Source: Thainema sp. (GTDB lineage Bacteria; Cyanobacteriota; Cyanobacteriia; Phormidesmidales; Phormidesmidaceae). From it: a stretch of DNA of 64,000 bases. Each line of letters begins with the position of its first letter. The first letter of the stretch is position 1. The notes below the pieces were generated by a model that saw only the letters and a program-made list of their open reading frames with translations, did no database searches and was not told where the DNA came from. A program made the translations under genes and the position numbers. The stretch is taken from NCBI GenBank assembly GCA_052168235.1, contig JBQLZK010000019.1, forward strand, positions 1 through 64,000, read 5' to 3'. Below are positions 1 through 10,166 of this stretch, piece by piece.

Positions 1-53
1 TGCTCCGCAAACGTTTCACAAAAAATAAATTGGTTTTCAACTAGGCTGGATAT
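1..53. repeat. Palindromic MITE/REP-like element, family A (truncated by window start)
   Basis: TGCTCCGCAAACGTTTCACAAAAAATAAATTGGTTTTCAAC matches the copies at 1187, 16294 and 26075. Confidence 0.8.
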
Positions 54-1159
54 CAAACACACTGAGCTTTGGCCGTTCTCGACAAAGCCGTCTGCAAATA
101 CTCTTCTAGCTCCGCCGCTCGGTGAGCCGCTGTATGAGCCGACAGCACTCGCTGACGTGCCCGCTGCCCCATTTGCTGCCGCACATCGCGCGGCACATCG
201 CGCAGATAGTACAGTACATCTTGGGTTGAGCGGGCTACCAAAATGTCTATACCGATATCAAATACGGTGCCCAACCCCATCCAGTAATCACTGATAATCG
301 GTGTACCACAGGCCGCCGCTTCAAACAGCCGCACGCTGGGAGAATAGCCTACCCGAATCATATCGGCCCGCGTCAAGTTTAACGTGAATCGCTGAGCGAT
401 GTAGAACTGGCGATGCTGAGCAGGCGGCAAATGCTCAATCCGCTGCACCGTACCGGGCCAGTCAATCTCCGCCGGATACTGCGGCCCTGCCACAACCATA
501 TGTCCCGCCGGCCACTGGCGGGCAGGCTCCAGCAGCAATCGCTCCAAACCTGGCTGACGGTCTGGGCTGTAGGTGCCCATATAGCCCAAATCCCACTCAT
601 AGATCTGATCCGCTAGCGAACCCGAATCGGGATAGTACAGCTCTGGATCAACCGAGCAGTAAAGCGCCCGCGCTTGGGGGGAACCATACTGCTGCTCAAG
701 CTGGCGCAGAATCGGCCCACCCGAAAACGACAAATACAGGTCGTAATGAGCAATCAAATGGGGCGCTAGATATTCCGTATCGCCCCGCGCCAGCTTCGCC
801 AGCGTTACCGGCGTATCGATATCGTAGAACGCTGTCACGCCCTGCGCCGTCTGCTGCACCCAGTCTCCTACGGCCACTCCATCCGGCACGTAGGAACCGA
901 CAATCACCACATCTGCATTCCTCACCCGCGCCGCATGGCTGTCGCGCAGATCGTCCAAATCCTGGTACAGATACGTTTCACCATAGGGAGGATCGGGCAA
1001 ATCGCGGTTGCTGGCATACCAAGGCACATCTCGCTCCAAAAATGCGATCGCATGACCGCGACGGCTCAGCTCTCGCACCAGCCCTCGATAGGTGGTGGCG
1101 TGGCCGTTGCCCCAGGAGGAGGTGATTGATAGTCCGAGGATAATGATATTGAGGGTCAT
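53..1159 (-). CDS. CgeB-family (GT-B fold) glycosyltransferase
   Basis: SSWGNGHATTYRG N-terminus, DIDTP, and SPSVRLFEAAACGTPIISD C-terminal motif; paralogous to the next two ORFs. Confidence 0.85.
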   Translation of the reverse strand: MTLNIIILGLSITSSWGNGHATTYRGLVRELSRRGHAIAFLERDVPWYASNRDLPDPPYGETYLYQDLDDLRDSHAARVRNADVVIVGSYVPDGVAVGDWVQQTAQGVTAFYDIDTPVTLAKLARGDTEYLAPHLIAHYDLYLSFSGGPILRQLEQQYGSPQARALYCSVDPELYYPDSGSLADQIYEWDLGYMGTYSPDRQPGLERLLLEPARQWPAGHMVVAGPQYPAEIDWPGTVQRIEHLPPAQHRQFYIAQRFTLNLTRADMIRVGYSPSVRLFEAAACGTPIISDYWMGLGTVFDIGIDILVARSTQDVLYYLRDVPRDVRQQMGQRARQRVLSAHTAAHRAAELEEYLQTALSRTAKAQCV

Positions 1160-1186
1160 AGTAGATACCTCGATGGGAGTGTGGGA

Positions 1187-1272
1187 TTGAAAACCCGTAA
1201 TTTATTTTTATGAAACGTTTGCTCCGCGAACGTTTCATAAAAATAAATTGGGTTCTTACATAGACTTAATAT
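1187..1272. repeat. Palindromic element, family A
   Basis: AATTTATTTTTATGAAACGTT-tgctccgcg-AACGTTTCATAAAAATAAATT long hairpin; inverted copy of 26075-26175. Confidence 0.85.
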
Positions 1273-1281
1273 CAACGGGAG

Positions 1282-2391
1282 CTAAATATTGGGGGCAGTA
1301 ATAGAGAGATTGCTGGGGGTGGCATCTAGGACGGCTGCAAGTTGGGCAGCGCGGTGAGCGTAAGTGTGTTCGGCAAAGACGCGTTGGCGGGCAGCTTGAC
1401 CGATGCGTTGAGCTTGTTCAGCCGTTAGCGATCGCAGTTTTTCGGCTACGTCGGCACCATTTTGCACGACTAGTACTTCTTGATCGGGTTCTAGAAATAG
1501 CTCCAGTCCTTGCCAGTCATCGGTCAGCAAGCAGGCTTCTGCTCCCGCTGCTTCGAACACACGGGTGGCGGGCGAGAATCCATAGCGGGCCATGCTTTCA
1601 CGGCTGATATTCAAGACCGCTCGGGGCGTGCAGTTGAAGGCATTGTGGTCAGTGGTGTAGACATGGCCGAGATAGCGCACGTTGGTGGGCATTGGCTTAT
1701 CGGCCCAGCCGTTGCCACCCAGCAAAAACTGCTGATTGGATAGCTGAGCGGCGGCTTCTAGAAAGAACTGCTCGACCCGCTGCTCCCGATCGGGTAAGCG
1801 GTTACCTAGAAAGGCTAGGTCGGCAGCAAAGGCCGGATTAGCAGGCACCGGATGATGGGTCGTCGGATCGAGAGCGTTATAGATCGGTACGCAGCGACGT
1901 GCGCCTAAGGCCGTATAAGCCTGCACAACCGGATCACCGCCGCCATAGGTCAGAACTAAATCATATTTTGGCAAGTGCGATCGCAGTGGATCAGTCGGAT
2001 CGCGCTGGAGCTGATCCAAGGTAGCAGGCGCATCCACATCCCAAAATGCCACGAGCGTCGTTGGGCTTTGCAGCGACAGCACAGCCGCTTCCAGCCAGGC
2101 ATCAAACACCCCGATACCGCTGGCTTTCACGACCAGATCGGCACCTTTAGCTTGCTCCAGCATCCGAGCAACGGCTTCCTCCGTGGCGGGATACACGACC
2201 ACCTTAGCCCAGTCCGGATCAGACATATCGCGATGCTGCTGCCGCTCATAGGCATCCGGCTCATAAAAGGTGACGTGATGACCCAGATCGCTCAGCGCAC
2301 GAATGATCCCGCGATAATAGGTCGCTGCCCCATTCCAATAAGCGGAGACTAAGCTAGAGCCGAAAAAAGCAATGTTTAAACCAGTTTTCAT
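1282..2391 (-). CDS. CgeB-family glycosyltransferase
   Basis: SAYWNGAATYYRG, WDVDAPAT, SPATRVFEAAGA, HTYAHRA motifs. Confidence 0.85.
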   Translation of the reverse strand: MKTGLNIAFFGSSLVSAYWNGAATYYRGIIRALSDLGHHVTFYEPDAYERQQHRDMSDPDWAKVVVYPATEEAVARMLEQAKGADLVVKASGIGVFDAWLEAAVLSLQSPTTLVAFWDVDAPATLDQLQRDPTDPLRSHLPKYDLVLTYGGGDPVVQAYTALGARRCVPIYNALDPTTHHPVPANPAFAADLAFLGNRLPDREQRVEQFFLEAAAQLSNQQFLLGGNGWADKPMPTNVRYLGHVYTTDHNAFNCTPRAVLNISRESMARYGFSPATRVFEAAGAEACLLTDDWQGLELFLEPDQEVLVVQNGADVAEKLRSLTAEQAQRIGQAARQRVFAEHTYAHRAAQLAAVLDATPSNLSITAPNI

Positions 2392-2426
2392 AACTAGAAC
2401 CGTTCAATTCACCGTCTATCTGATCA

Positions 2427-3545
2427 TCAGCTTGTGGCTTGCGCTGGTAATGCCTCTGCCGTTAATGCTTCGTAGATCGCCAGCAGCTCATCTACTCGAT
2501 GCCCGCAGGTGTGGCGTTCCAGAATGGTTTGCCGTCCCCGATCGGCCAATGCTTGAGCGAATTCGGCATCAGCTAGAACACAACGCAAATGAGCTTTCAT
2601 TTCCTCGCCATTGTGAGCCACCAAGAAATCACGCCCTGGTTCAAACAGATCTTCCAGATCATCCCAAGGAGCCGAAACGAGCGGAACACCGCAGGCTAGA
2701 GCCTCAAACACCCGAATTGTCGGGATTCCCGGCAGAATAGAAGCATAGTAGCGACGGGGTACATGCACAGTCACTTTAAACTGACTGAAAACCGTAGGTA
2801 CCTGATAGTTCGGTAGCCAGCCCGCATACTCGATCCCACATTCTGACAGGGCTTGACGAGCTGTATCAGGGTAGCGAACACCGTAGATTCGAGCCTTAAG
2901 CTGAAGATCCTGCACCGGACGCAGTAAGAACTCATGCAGCTCAGCAGTGCGCTCATCATCACCCCAGTTGCCAATCCAAACCAAATCCCCAGTCGTTTCC
3001 GCAACCTCTATCGGCTGGAAGTGGCGAATATCTGCCGCTTCGTGCCATGTCCAAGCCCGCTTTGCCCAACCGTTTTGCAGATACAAATCTCGAATAACAC
3101 ACCCAAACGCGAGCACACCGTCATAATGGCGCAAATCATAGGCCGCCATCGTCTTGGGATCACTTACTGAGCGGTGGTGGGTATCATGGAACAGCAGCCG
3201 ATAGCGAGGATAGCGATGATGGTGCTGACCAATTTGCTGCACCAGTTGCGGATCGTTCCACTCATGTACCAGTACGAGATCAGTATCAGCTAATATCGTA
3301 TCCAAATCCAGTGTTTCCAGGCTATACAGCGTACTCTTGAGCGTCGGGTAGGCTGCTTGAAAATCTGCGATCGCAGTTTCGCCCTGTTCCGCCAGCAAGC
3401 TCTGTAAGCTCCAGCCTTGAGCAGGTTCATACACCTGCACATCATGCCCCCGCTCCAGTAGCTCCGTCACAACTCCCCGCAAAAAGTGAGCATTACCGTG
3501 GTTCCAGTCTGAGATTAATGAGTGATAGAAAAGAACAATACGCAA
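2427..3545 (-). CDS. CgeB-family glycosyltransferase
   Basis: SDWNHGNAHFLRG, HDTHHR, PTIRVFEALACG, HTCGHR; RBS AGGAGGAG upstream of a TTG start. Confidence 0.85.
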   Translation of the reverse strand: MRIVLFYHSLISDWNHGNAHFLRGVVTELLERGHDVQVYEPAQGWSLQSLLAEQGETAIADFQAAYPTLKSTLYSLETLDLDTILADTDLVLVHEWNDPQLVQQIGQHHHRYPRYRLLFHDTHHRSVSDPKTMAAYDLRHYDGVLAFGCVIRDLYLQNGWAKRAWTWHEAADIRHFQPIEVAETTGDLVWIGNWGDDERTAELHEFLLRPVQDLQLKARIYGVRYPDTARQALSECGIEYAGWLPNYQVPTVFSQFKVTVHVPRRYYASILPGIPTIRVFEALACGVPLVSAPWDDLEDLFEPGRDFLVAHNGEEMKAHLRCVLADAEFAQALADRGRQTILERHTCGHRVDELLAIYEALTAEALPAQATS

Positions 3546-3651
3546 AATACTCCTCCTAATTTAAGCTGTTGATGTATGACCCCGCTCCTTGCTCTATCCC
3601 ACTCGGCTACTGTTTATACACATCCTAAATAGTCCTTCTAAATCCCGGACT

Positions 3652-3754
3652 GATCCCCCTAAATCCCCCTATAGCCCTTCGGGCATGGCTTCGCCTAGAA
3701 AAAGGGGGGACTTTGAGCCAATCCCCCCTTTTCAAGGGGGGCTGGGGGGATCTC
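3652..3754. repeat. CCCCCT..AAGGGGG-type cyanobacterial dispersed repeat, family C
   Basis: Paired C/G tracts; core TAGCCCTTCGGGCATGGCTTCGCCTAGAAAAAGGGGG recurs inverted near 63063-63100. Confidence 0.75.
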
Positions 3755-4918
3755 AACGCCGAAACGAAGTCTAGGAGACTTATGTATAGACAGTAGCTCC
3801 CGCTGGCAGGGGGGCTGGGAATAAGAGCTAAGCAGCGCTTGATAAACCCGCACATACTCCTCGACCATCGGCTGCGGCGTATACTGCTGTGCCCGCTGAT
3901 AGGCTTTTTGCGCTAATTCTCGGCACCGAGCAGCATCCGTCATTAAGCCTTGGAGCAGCTCCCGTAATCCGTCAGCATCATCCGGAGCCACAAACAGCGC
4001 AGCATCCTGCCACAGCTCCCGCAAACTGGGAATATCGCTCAGCACTAGGGCGCACTTTGACAGTGCTGCTTCCAGAACGGCCAGCCCAAACGGCTCATAG
4101 CGAGCCGGATGCACATAAATCGCGGCACAGCTCAGCCAGGAACGGAGTTCTTCAAACGAGAGATTGCCCAACTCCTGCACGTTTAACAGCTCAATGGCAG
4201 AACCCTGGGGATGCTGCTTCTGCCCTGCAACGTACACAGGCCAAAGCAAATCAGATGCGACCTGGCTCAGCAGCGATAGATTCTTAGCCTCATCCCACAA
4301 GCGGCCAATGGCGAGGGCAACATTTTGCTTCGCTCCCGGCATAAAGGGCCAAGAACTGCGCCCATTGTAAATTACTCGGTTTGGTGGCAGTGGCTCGTCG
4401 GGCGTAGCATAGTGGTGGCTCAAGGCATCCAGCATGGCTTGGGTTGGCGCAATCACATAATCTGCCTGGTGAATCCCCTCAGCAACGCGATCGCAATAGG
4501 TTTGCCAACTGGCCGGAGCGGCTTCCCCTTTGACAGCTTGCCACCAGGACATCACGCAGGAATGGCCAACAACCACAACCGGAACCGACCAAGCAAGGGC
4601 AGCATGAACGTAGCCATTGAGATGCACTACGTCCGGCTGCACCTCCTCAGCCAGAGACAGCAACCAGTCCCCCGCCCGATCAACATCAGCCCAGGGATTG
4701 TCCATCCACTCCAACTTGAACTGGCTCGTATACAGCTGCACACCCGCAATTTGCTCAAGTGCCTGCCGCTGCTCAGGACTCGGCAAGTCACCCATAGATG
4801 CGATCGCAACTTCTACACCTCGTTGGCTCAATCCTTGCGCCAATTCTAAGGTGTAAACCCACACCCCACCCATAAAATCTGTTGTCATCAACACACGTTG
4901 AGGCTGCTGATTCGTCAT
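3695..4918 (-). CDS. GT4 family glycosyltransferase
   Basis: GGVWVY N-terminus and RYEPFGLAVLEAAL (E-x7-E) motif; last codons read through repeat C. Confidence 0.85.
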   Translation of the reverse strand: MTNQQPQRVLMTTDFMGGVWVYTLELAQGLSQRGVEVAIASMGDLPSPEQRQALEQIAGVQLYTSQFKLEWMDNPWADVDRAGDWLLSLAEEVQPDVVHLNGYVHAALAWSVPVVVVGHSCVMSWWQAVKGEAAPASWQTYCDRVAEGIHQADYVIAPTQAMLDALSHHYATPDEPLPPNRVIYNGRSSWPFMPGAKQNVALAIGRLWDEAKNLSLLSQVASDLLWPVYVAGQKQHPQGSAIELLNVQELGNLSFEELRSWLSCAAIYVHPARYEPFGLAVLEAALSKCALVLSDIPSLRELWQDAALFVAPDDADGLRELLQGLMTDAARCRELAQKAYQRAQQYTPQPMVEEYVRVYQALLSSYSQPPCQRELLSIHKSPRLRFGVEIPPAPLEKGGLAQSPPFF

Positions 4919-5013
4919 GCCAAGTTACCTGAGTAAAGGTGTGCAGCAAGATGTTCAGTATTCGTTCGAATCGGGTTACGCTGTTGCTAGCCCAACCTAT
5001 GCGAGAGCGTAAA

Positions 5014-6297
5014 TCAGCGGGCTGCTACAGACTCTAGTTCCTGTAGTGGCAAAGGTTGCGCGTCTTGAATATCACTGAACTCAGCGTACTGTTGCAGATA
5101 GTAATCATGCGCTCGCTCCCACGCCTGCTCATCGGGAAAGCCCCACTTTTTGACGTAATCGGGTGAACCGGGATAGGGAAACAGCGGCACAGGCTTGTTT
5201 GCCCACACGCCATGCTGCTGCAAATGCTGTCGCCACTGTGCGATCGCAACTGTATTATCAACCTCCGACTGCAAGAGATTGGCTTGGATAAAAGGAATAT
5301 GCTGCTTAGCAAAGATCAGCCGCTCTGACAGCTCATCTGTAGACAAACGACAGTTCTTGTCAAGCTGCTGTCGCCCTTCAGGTGTAACGCTTTCAACGCC
5401 TGCTTCAACCGACACACAACCTGCCTGACCCAGCAACTCCAAGAGCTTGAAATTCCATAGATCAATTCGGGTCTGAATACCGAAAATCACATCACGCTCA
5501 ACCAGTGCCTGGAGGAGTTCCCGCCGAGGCAAAAAGATTTCATCGACAAAATAGACATACTCGATCCCTTGAGCAATCAAGCCGTCTAGCTCTTCTAGAA
5601 TTACCGACAAAGGCCGCTGACGGTAGCCATTACGGAAGTTATCCTTTGCACAAAACGAGCAGTGGTAAGGACAGCCACGAGAGGCTTCCATCTCGGCTCC
5701 AGGGCCGTCAGGAGCGGCCTCAAACCGATGATGATGGTGATGATGTCGCTGGACAGTTTGCTCCGGCCAGTGCAGCGCGGGCAGTTTATCCATATCAGTT
5801 GTGTGAGGGCCGCCTTGAATCCGAATCTCTTCGCCATCGCGATAGCCAATCGAAGAAATCTCCGACCAATCCTGATCGGCCAACTGCGGCAGGATGTCTT
5901 CGCACTCGCCTAGGACTACAGCATCCACGCCCAGTTTCCGCAACGTACTGCGGGGAGTGGTTGAAGCATGGGGACCAACCGCAATCCAGCACGTTTCAAT
6001 CTCTAAATCCCGCAGCACCATGAGCGGAATCCTCAGTTCTGGCGGCGCACAGCGCCAGAACAAATAGCTGGGTGCCGTCGTAATCACCGCAAAGTCAGGC
6101 TGAAACTGACTGAGCTGAGTTTGAATGTCACAGATGGAAAGATTATCTAACTGGCCATCAATCAGCAGTACCTGATGACCCGCTTGCTCTAGCAAAGCCT
6201 TGGCATAGCCATATTCTAGGGGCAGATGAGGCTCCTGGCAACCAAAATAAATGCTGCCATCAAACTGCCAATTGGGATTGATTAAAGCGTATTTCAT
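5014..6297 (-). CDS. B12-binding/radical SAM protein (TIGR04295 rhizo-twelve type)
   Basis: SRGCPYHCSFC CxxxCxxC motif, N-terminal B12-like domain (PHLPLEYGY), His run HHHHHHRF; start taken at MKYALINP. Confidence 0.8.
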   Translation of the reverse strand: MKYALINPNWQFDGSIYFGCQEPHLPLEYGYAKALLEQAGHQVLLIDGQLDNLSICDIQTQLSQFQPDFAVITTAPSYLFWRCAPPELRIPLMVLRDLEIETCWIAVGPHASTTPRSTLRKLGVDAVVLGECEDILPQLADQDWSEISSIGYRDGEEIRIQGGPHTTDMDKLPALHWPEQTVQRHHHHHHRFEAAPDGPGAEMEASRGCPYHCSFCAKDNFRNGYRQRPLSVILEELDGLIAQGIEYVYFVDEIFLPRRELLQALVERDVIFGIQTRIDLWNFKLLELLGQAGCVSVEAGVESVTPEGRQQLDKNCRLSTDELSERLIFAKQHIPFIQANLLQSEVDNTVAIAQWRQHLQQHGVWANKPVPLFPYPGSPDYVKKWGFPDEQAWERAHDYYLQQYAEFSDIQDAQPLPLQELESVAAR

Positions 6298-6331
6298 AGA
6301 ACTTTCAAATAATGACAAATAAAAGTGATGG

Positions 6332-8341
6332 CTATCGTGACAAAGCAACCAGTCTGTCATCACGTACCTGCTGGTGCTGCAGCCAGTCATACAACCGCGC
6401 TAAACCCTGCTTGACCGATACCCGAGGTCGCCAACCGATTGCAGCTTGAAACTGACGAGTATCCGAGACGTAATAGCGCTGATCGCTCGGTCGCCAATCG
6501 TCAAACTGAACTGACACAGTGTGATGATGTAAGTCACGAATTTCGTCGAGTAGCTCTAGCAAGCTGGTGGAATTGGCGGGGCCACCACCGATGTTAAATG
6601 GTTGCCCAGAGAGCTGATTGATATGGGTTTGCGCCAACTGGAAGGCGTTCACCAAATCGTCAACAAACAAAATATCGCGGACTTGTTTGCCATCGCCAAA
6701 CAGTGTAATCTCCTGCTGGTTTAAAGCTTGCTTCACGAAGTGAGCCACCCAGCCTTGATCCTCAGTGCCACACTGGTGCGGGCCATAAATGCAGCTCATC
6801 CGAAATACAACTGCCGGAATGCCGTAGCTACGTGCGTAGTCGAGGATATATTGCTCTGCTGTGCCCTTCGAGCAACCATAGGGACTGTGAAAATGGAGCG
6901 ATTCCTGTTCGCTGATGCCGTGAGCGCGAATCTGGGGATCAGCAGGCTGATAGCGATCGCACTTTTTCACTAGCTCAACATGCTCTAGCCCACCGTAAAC
7001 CTTATTGGTTGAGGTAAACACCAGTGGCGGCGGTGTGTTCAAATGGCGCAGGGCTTCCAGCAAATTAATCGTTCCCTGCACATTGATGGCAAAATCTTCC
7101 GAGGGATGCGCCAAGCTGGTCGTTACGGCTACCTGAGCGGCTAAATGATAGATCTCGCTGACCTGGGGGACTAGCCACTGTAAGGTGTAGCGATCGCGCA
7201 CATCGGCTAGCTTGAGCTGAACCTGATCACCATGCTTTTGCTTCAGCCAGTACCAGTTATGCTCTACGCCTGGACGAGATAGACTATCTAGCAACAGCAC
7301 CGATCGTCCTTCTGACAGTAGCCGATCGGCTAAATTGGTACCTACAAAGCCCGCTCCACCCGTGATCAATGCCGGGCGCTCGTCTACAATCCATAGCGGT
7401 CGCACTTCAGTTGTTGCTATCACATCATGTAAAGCCGAAATGTTGGCTTCAGCCCAAAGACGATACAGTAGCTTGGGAGTATTCTCGGCTGTGGTTAAGC
7501 CCATATGATAGTGCCGCTCGTCGGTGTGGAAGCCGTCTTGAGTCGGCAAGCTGGGATGCAAATCATGTAGCGAATACCAGTAGACCCGCTCCACAGGGGC
7601 TTGAACGGCTTTCAAAAAATACTCGATTTGGCTCCGTTCGTCATGCCGCCAAGTCGAGAAGCCCGTTTCGGTGATCCAAATCTCAGCATGACAGTCATGC
7701 TGCGCCAGTTGCGATCGCACATCTCTGACAATAGCCGACCAGTCTTTCCAGTCGAACTCCCAGGTGCCCGGAAAACCATGAATCCCAACCGCATCAATAT
7801 GTTGGAGCACGCCCCGATCGCCAATAAGCTGCAACCAGTTAAGATCTACGGGAGCCATACCGCCGAGCACTGTCTTTTTCCCACGACGCTTCGCCCAATA
7901 GGCTGCTCCAATAACCATCTCACAAAAGTTTTCCCACGACGGATCGATTCGCCAATCCCAGTCGTTTAGGTTATTTGGCTCATTCCACAGCTCAACCCAC
8001 TCAAAGTACTGGCCAAAGTCGGTGATCATCACATCGATGAAGTCGGCATAGTCCTTGAGACAGCGTGGAGGCGAAGCTGTCTTCGGTACAACCCCCAAAG
8101 ATGGAGGCGTGTAATGGAAACAGGGGAGGACTTCTACAGACTGAGCAAGACGCGGTAGCAGCCAATGATACCAGTCGCGCCCTTCTGGCGCGAGATAGTC
8201 TGCCCAGGACACTCCTGTCCGCAAATAAGTCACGCCAAGCGTCTGCAAGTCAGCTAAAAGCTGCTCTACCCGCTCATATTCTCCCGGTCGAAACCATTCT
8301 AGAATGCCGAGTTGGGCAACGGTGTGATGTTGAGACTTCAT
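6332..8341 (-). CDS. Clan GH-A glycoside hydrolase fused to NAD-dependent epimerase/dehydratase
   Basis: N-half has WNEPN acid/base and WITETG nucleophile motifs; C-half has TGGAGFVG and YGCSK (YxxxK). Confidence 0.8.
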   Translation of the reverse strand: MKSQHHTVAQLGILEWFRPGEYERVEQLLADLQTLGVTYLRTGVSWADYLAPEGRDWYHWLLPRLAQSVEVLPCFHYTPPSLGVVPKTASPPRCLKDYADFIDVMITDFGQYFEWVELWNEPNNLNDWDWRIDPSWENFCEMVIGAAYWAKRRGKKTVLGGMAPVDLNWLQLIGDRGVLQHIDAVGIHGFPGTWEFDWKDWSAIVRDVRSQLAQHDCHAEIWITETGFSTWRHDERSQIEYFLKAVQAPVERVYWYSLHDLHPSLPTQDGFHTDERHYHMGLTTAENTPKLLYRLWAEANISALHDVIATTEVRPLWIVDERPALITGGAGFVGTNLADRLLSEGRSVLLLDSLSRPGVEHNWYWLKQKHGDQVQLKLADVRDRYTLQWLVPQVSEIYHLAAQVAVTTSLAHPSEDFAINVQGTINLLEALRHLNTPPPLVFTSTNKVYGGLEHVELVKKCDRYQPADPQIRAHGISEQESLHFHSPYGCSKGTAEQYILDYARSYGIPAVVFRMSCIYGPHQCGTEDQGWVAHFVKQALNQQEITLFGDGKQVRDILFVDDLVNAFQLAQTHINQLSGQPFNIGGGPANSTSLLELLDEIRDLHHHTVSVQFDDWRPSDQRYYVSDTRQFQAAIGWRPRVSVKQGLARLYDWLQHQQVRDDRLVALSR

Positions 8342-9456
8342 ACGGTTAACCCTCGTACTGCCAACTCTGCTCGTGCCTCATCCACGCGATCTCGCACCAC
8401 CTGATCAGCCAACCAGTCAGCCAGTTCAACTAAACCATCGGTTAGCGAAATGCGCGGCTGATACCCTAAAAGCTGCTGTGCCTGAGCAATATCCGCAAAG
8501 CAATGACGAATATCACCCATGCGGTACTGACCGACTACTTCAGGCTGGATTTCCTCACAATTCAACGCTTTTGCCATCTCATCAGCGATGCCGCGCACGG
8601 TGTATTGACAACCACTGCCGATATTTAACACCTCGCCAGCCGCATCCGGTGTTTCCATCGCGAGACGACAGGCCCGCGCTACGTCATGCACATTCACAAA
8701 ATCCCGCTGCTGATAGCCATCCTCAAAGATGAGCGGCGCATTGCCACTGAGGAAGCGAGATGCAAAAATAGCCAATACTCCCGTATAGGGATTGGACAGC
8801 GCCTGCCGAGGGCCATAGACATTAAAGAAGCGCAATGCCACCGTCGGAATGTTATAGGCTCGACCCAGCATCAGCCCCATCCGTTCCTGATCATACTTTG
8901 ACAGGGCATACAGAGAAGACAGGGATGGAGTCTTTATCTCCGGTGTTGGTACTGGGATCAACTCATGTCCTTCCGCATCTCGTACCTCCCAATCGTGATT
9001 TTGGAGCTGCTCTAGGCTCCGATCTAGACCTGTTTTGATTTGGCCGGAGCGAGTACGATACAAGCCCTCACCGTACAGACTCATACTGGATGCAATCACC
9101 AGCTTCTCAACGGGCTTTTGCGCTAGCTCTTCCATCAGCACGGCTGTACCCAGATTATTGACGCTGGTATAGTGCGAAATTGCATACATACTCTGGCCGA
9201 CACCAACCGCAGCGGCAAAGTGATAAACCACATCGACATCTGCGATCGCACGTTGCACCGTAGCGGGATCACGCACATCACCGATCATCAATTCCACCTC
9301 TGGATGTAGGTAGGACGGACGAACTCCCTCAGGAGAATGCACCTGAGGAATTAAGCTATCTAACACTCGTACCTGATAACGATGTTGCAACAGCTCATCG
9401 GCTAGATGAGAACCGATAAAACCTGCACCACCTGTAATCAAAACCTTTTTAGTCAT
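8338..9456 (-). CDS. NAD-dependent epimerase/dehydratase (extended SDR)
   Basis: TGGAGFIGSH, YALSK, RFFNVYGP; 4-bp overlap with the next gene. Confidence 0.9.
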   Translation of the reverse strand: MTKKVLITGGAGFIGSHLADELLQHRYQVRVLDSLIPQVHSPEGVRPSYLHPEVELMIGDVRDPATVQRAIADVDVVYHFAAAVGVGQSMYAISHYTSVNNLGTAVLMEELAQKPVEKLVIASSMSLYGEGLYRTRSGQIKTGLDRSLEQLQNHDWEVRDAEGHELIPVPTPEIKTPSLSSLYALSKYDQERMGLMLGRAYNIPTVALRFFNVYGPRQALSNPYTGVLAIFASRFLSGNAPLIFEDGYQQRDFVNVHDVARACRLAMETPDAAGEVLNIGSGCQYTVRGIADEMAKALNCEEIQPEVVGQYRMGDIRHCFADIAQAQQLLGYQPRISLTDGLVELADWLADQVVRDRVDEARAELAVRGLTV

Positions 9457-10012
9457 GGGTTAGCGACCCTTACCTAAGGAGTAATAACGATCAGAAACAG
9501 TCAGAAACAGTCCAAATAAAAGTTCAAACGGATATTTAATTTGTCTGAATTTATTCAAGCCAATCTGTATTTAGCATTTATGTTTATCAAAGATAGCAAA
9601 GCTGATACATCGCAGATAAACATGAACCAAGAAGCTGTAATGATTGCCTGTTAGTTACTATTAACTACTTGGCATTCTTCATGATTTATACTTACTCTTT
9701 GTCTAAATATCTATCAAAAACAAAATCGTTTATCTATCAGCCTTTATCATGATCCGCACAAACAATTAGGTGAAGTTTTCATTCAACTCCCAATCTCAAT
9801 CTTAAGGCAGACTAATGCATCAGTTTTTTGGGCTAACTGACTTGATTCGATATATAAAAACGCAAGCTTTGGAGGCTTGCAGTTTCTCGAAATCAAATAA
9901 GCAACTGTACTCTGGCTTTTCTATGTTTTATTCAGTTTAACGTCATCGCAAAAATACCTGAATTCATCACTAATTTAGCTACGTTTTAGCTTTTGTTGCT
10001 ACTGCTTACATT

Positions 10013-10063
10013 AATAACCCCTATCTGCCTGGATCATCATCCCAATGACAGATAGGGGTTATT
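10013..10063. terminator. 15-bp inverted repeat downstream of the RND gene
   Basis: AATAACCCCTATCTG...CAGATAGGGGTTATT. Confidence 0.5.
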
Positions 10064-10166
10064 TATCGGCGATAATTCTAATTCTCTTCAGAAATCTGCA
10101 GTCGCCACAGATTTTTGTAGGGTTAATTCATCAAACATCTCGGTTACAGTGCCGCCGTTTAGATTG

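Noticed and set aside
978..1238. ORF starting MKRSRSKRFIKINYGFS, similar to the N-terminus of ORF 26111
   Set aside because: The similarity is translation of repeat family A; the NifX-like gene really starts at 26222
6298..6390. Longer start of the radical SAM ORF
   Set aside because: Overlaps the upstream gene; a typical N-terminus begins at MKYALINP
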